Positions 61,800 through 64,000 of a stretch of DNA of 64,000 nucleotides are shown in pieces (positions within the stretch are counted from its first letter, which is position 1; each line of letters starts with the position of its first letter). A program made the position numbers and the translations under genes. The stretch lies in the NCBI RefSeq assembly GCF_009914755.1, contig NC_060940.1. One strand, written 5' to 3'. The notes under the pieces are model-generated. The model did no database searches. It saw only the letters and a list, made by a program, of their open reading frames with translations, and had not been told where the DNA came from. This stretch comes from the human T2T-CHM13v2.0 reference genome, Homo sapiens.

Positions 61800-62654
61800 A
61801 GTATGGATGGTTTCAGTGTGATTTGCCCAGGTCCAAGTTTTGGCAGGAGAAGGTGGGAGGTTTGCAAGCTGCAGTTTACAGTTTTCCTATAAGTTCTGGG
61901 AGGAACACTGATAGTGAGATGCATGCCCCTGTCAGGGATGGAGGCTTGGGGTTAATAAAGCTGGCGTTCATTTCTGAAGGTAAGAGAAATAAGAACATCC
62001 ACCGAAAAGAGGTCCTGAGCTCAGAGCTTACACCTCCTGGGAGCACCTCTGCCCACGAGAATGTCTCCATTGCACCATAGGCAGAAAGGGTATGTGGCTG
62101 GGATGATTACACAGCACATGCACAAATGCCCCATGTGCCAAGCTCCATAAAACATGCCACATCCTCCAAGCTGTGCTGCTCAGGAAAGGATCTGTTTGTG
62201 TGCAGCTTCTGCCTGTCTGCGTGAACTGGATTGAAAGAATTCAGAAAACATGCATGCCATGCACAGTACGGGGCACTTCTGAGGAGCTGAGAATGAACCA
62301 GGCTTGGTCTTGGCTCCCAGTTAACTTGCTGCCCACTAGAGAAGGTGACACATGAACACGCTTGAGTGTGATGCAAGGCTCTGACAATCACTAAAGGAAG
62401 GAGATCTTCCCTGGGGAGGAGACATTTAGGACAAGACTTCTGGAAGGGTAGAGATGAGAGAAGGAAATTTCAGGAGGAGGAATGTGTGTGAGCAAAGGTA
62501 GGGAGTAGGGATCAACCAGGGCATGCTCAGGGGACAACAAATGGCCTGTGTTGCCTAATACAGGTGAATATAGGGATGGTGAGGCTAAGATATTGGCTTG
62601 GGACCAATTTATCAACATCCTTGAAAGCCAGCTTAATGCTTTATGGGCATGACC

Positions 62655-62850
62655 TCTCTGAGTCAGACATGCAGATCTAGCTTTGCTGCTTCATATATGG
62701 ACAACCTTGGGCAAGTTTGTTCCTCTCCCAAAGCCTCAGTTTCCTCATCAGTAAAACCAACTCAAGGGGTAGCTGTAAGGAGTAAGTGAAGATACTGCCT
62801 GTGATGTGCACAGTAGGTGCCTGCATACAGTAAGTGCCCAACAGATAATC
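62655..62850 (+). mobile_element. MIR
   Basis: ACCTTGGGCAAGTT...AGCCTCAGTTTCCTCATCAGTAAAA. Confidence 0.75.
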
Positions 62851-63324
62851 ATTGTTAATGTTGTCTGTTCAGACTCTGTTGGCCTTCTCATAGGATGGAT
62901 CATATCTGAGCCAAATAGCAGCAATGCCTCAGCAGCCTTAAAGGGTGGATCAGAAGAGTCAGGTGGTGTCAGGAAGACCAGGTGTGAGGCTGTTGCAAAG
63001 GCCCAGGTGAGAGCTTAAAAGTTCAGAACCCAGGCACCAGCAGAACTGGGGTAAAGAGGAAAGGGGATGTGGGTCAACAGTACTGACAAGTATCGAACTT
63101 CAAGACAGGGTTAGGCAAAACCCAGGTGACTATGACAGAAGTACAGACACTTAAGAGGGCCACACATAGCCATTAGCTCATTCCCCAGGATAAGCCCCTG
63201 CCGTAGTCTGAGTCTCTGGCCTCAGGGATCCCAGCATCGTGGGGGGAGCAGAGGAAGGGGTGGGTGTGAAGCCTGGCGGTGCTTGGACAGGTACAGTAGA
63301 CAAGTAGTGCTGAGGGCTGTGTCA

Positions 63325-63388
63325 GGAGATAATTGGGGTACTCTAGGGGTAGGAGACAGTTGGGGTACTCTAGGGGTAGGGGACAACT
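63325..63388. repeat. 27 bp tandem repeat, ~2.3 copies
   Basis: GGAGA(T/C)A(A/G)TTGGGGTACTCTAGGGGTA unit. Confidence 0.9.
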
Positions 63389-63469
63389 TTCCAAAGCTCC
63401 ATGGAACAGGGAACAAGGCCCAGCTCTGTCACACACGAACTATGTGATCCTGAATCCACTATCCTATTT

Positions 63470-64000
63470 TGTGCCATTTTTCTCTCTTTTTCTTGTTTAT
63501 TTTTCTTTTGCATTATTTTTTTTATTATCTTTTTTCTCCTCTACAAATTGAAAGTTATACATGGTGTTTCTTTTTCTTTTTTTTTTTTTTTTAGTGGCTG
63601 CCCTGGAAATTACCACATGCATACTTATCAAAGTCTAAAGTTACTCAATCACTTTACCTTCCTCTTCAGTAATGCAAGACCTTAAAGCATTTTAACTGTT
63701 TCCCCCCCGTCTTGACTCTGTGTACTTTCATTCTCTCTTGTTTTGTTGTAACTTCAGAAAACCTTAGAATGATTATTATATTATATAGTCCACGTTTGCC
63801 TAGCTCTACCCACGTATTTACCAGTTTCGTAGCTCCTCACACCTTCTTGCGTCCTAGATCTTCCATCTGGGATCACTTCCCTTCCACCTAATGTACATCC
63901 TTTAGAATATCATTTAATAAGAGTTCCCTAATTATAAATTCTCAGTTTTTGTTTTTCTGACAATGTGTTTGTTTGGTGCTCATTTGTGGAAGACATTTTC
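63470..64000 (-). mobile_element. Old L1M (L1MC/MD-like) fragment
   Basis: CTTCCATCTGGGATCACTTCCCTTC...ATAAATTCTCAGTTTTTGTTTTTCTGA motifs. Confidence 0.7.

Overview
This is primate, very likely human, genomic DNA with no supportable protein-coding exon. A CpG island (~28.75-31.1 kb) holds a TATA-less promoter and a non-coding first exon on the minus strand (donor at 30174). Positions 1-30174 are therefore probably intron 1 of a leftward gene and 30.5-64 kb is upstream intergenic DNA. From memory, not a search, the exon and its neighbourhood fit MEGF11 (15q22.31). The rest is about 26 Alus, MIR/L2/L1 fossils, MaLR/ERVL solo LTRs, hAT DNA-transposon fossils, a Y1 RNA retrocopy and a full-length RPL35A processed pseudogene. 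I found no new gene system. The best unexplained signals are: a ~260 bp non-Alu inverted duplication in the intron (10226-10486 / 11664-11926); a 38 bp-arm pre-miRNA-like hairpin (5892-5989); and a MER45C fossil carrying two copies of nearby flanking DNA, one inverted and one direct. Several small fold-back or templated insertions also occur. Repeat subfamily names and old-repeat boundaries are by eye and approximate.
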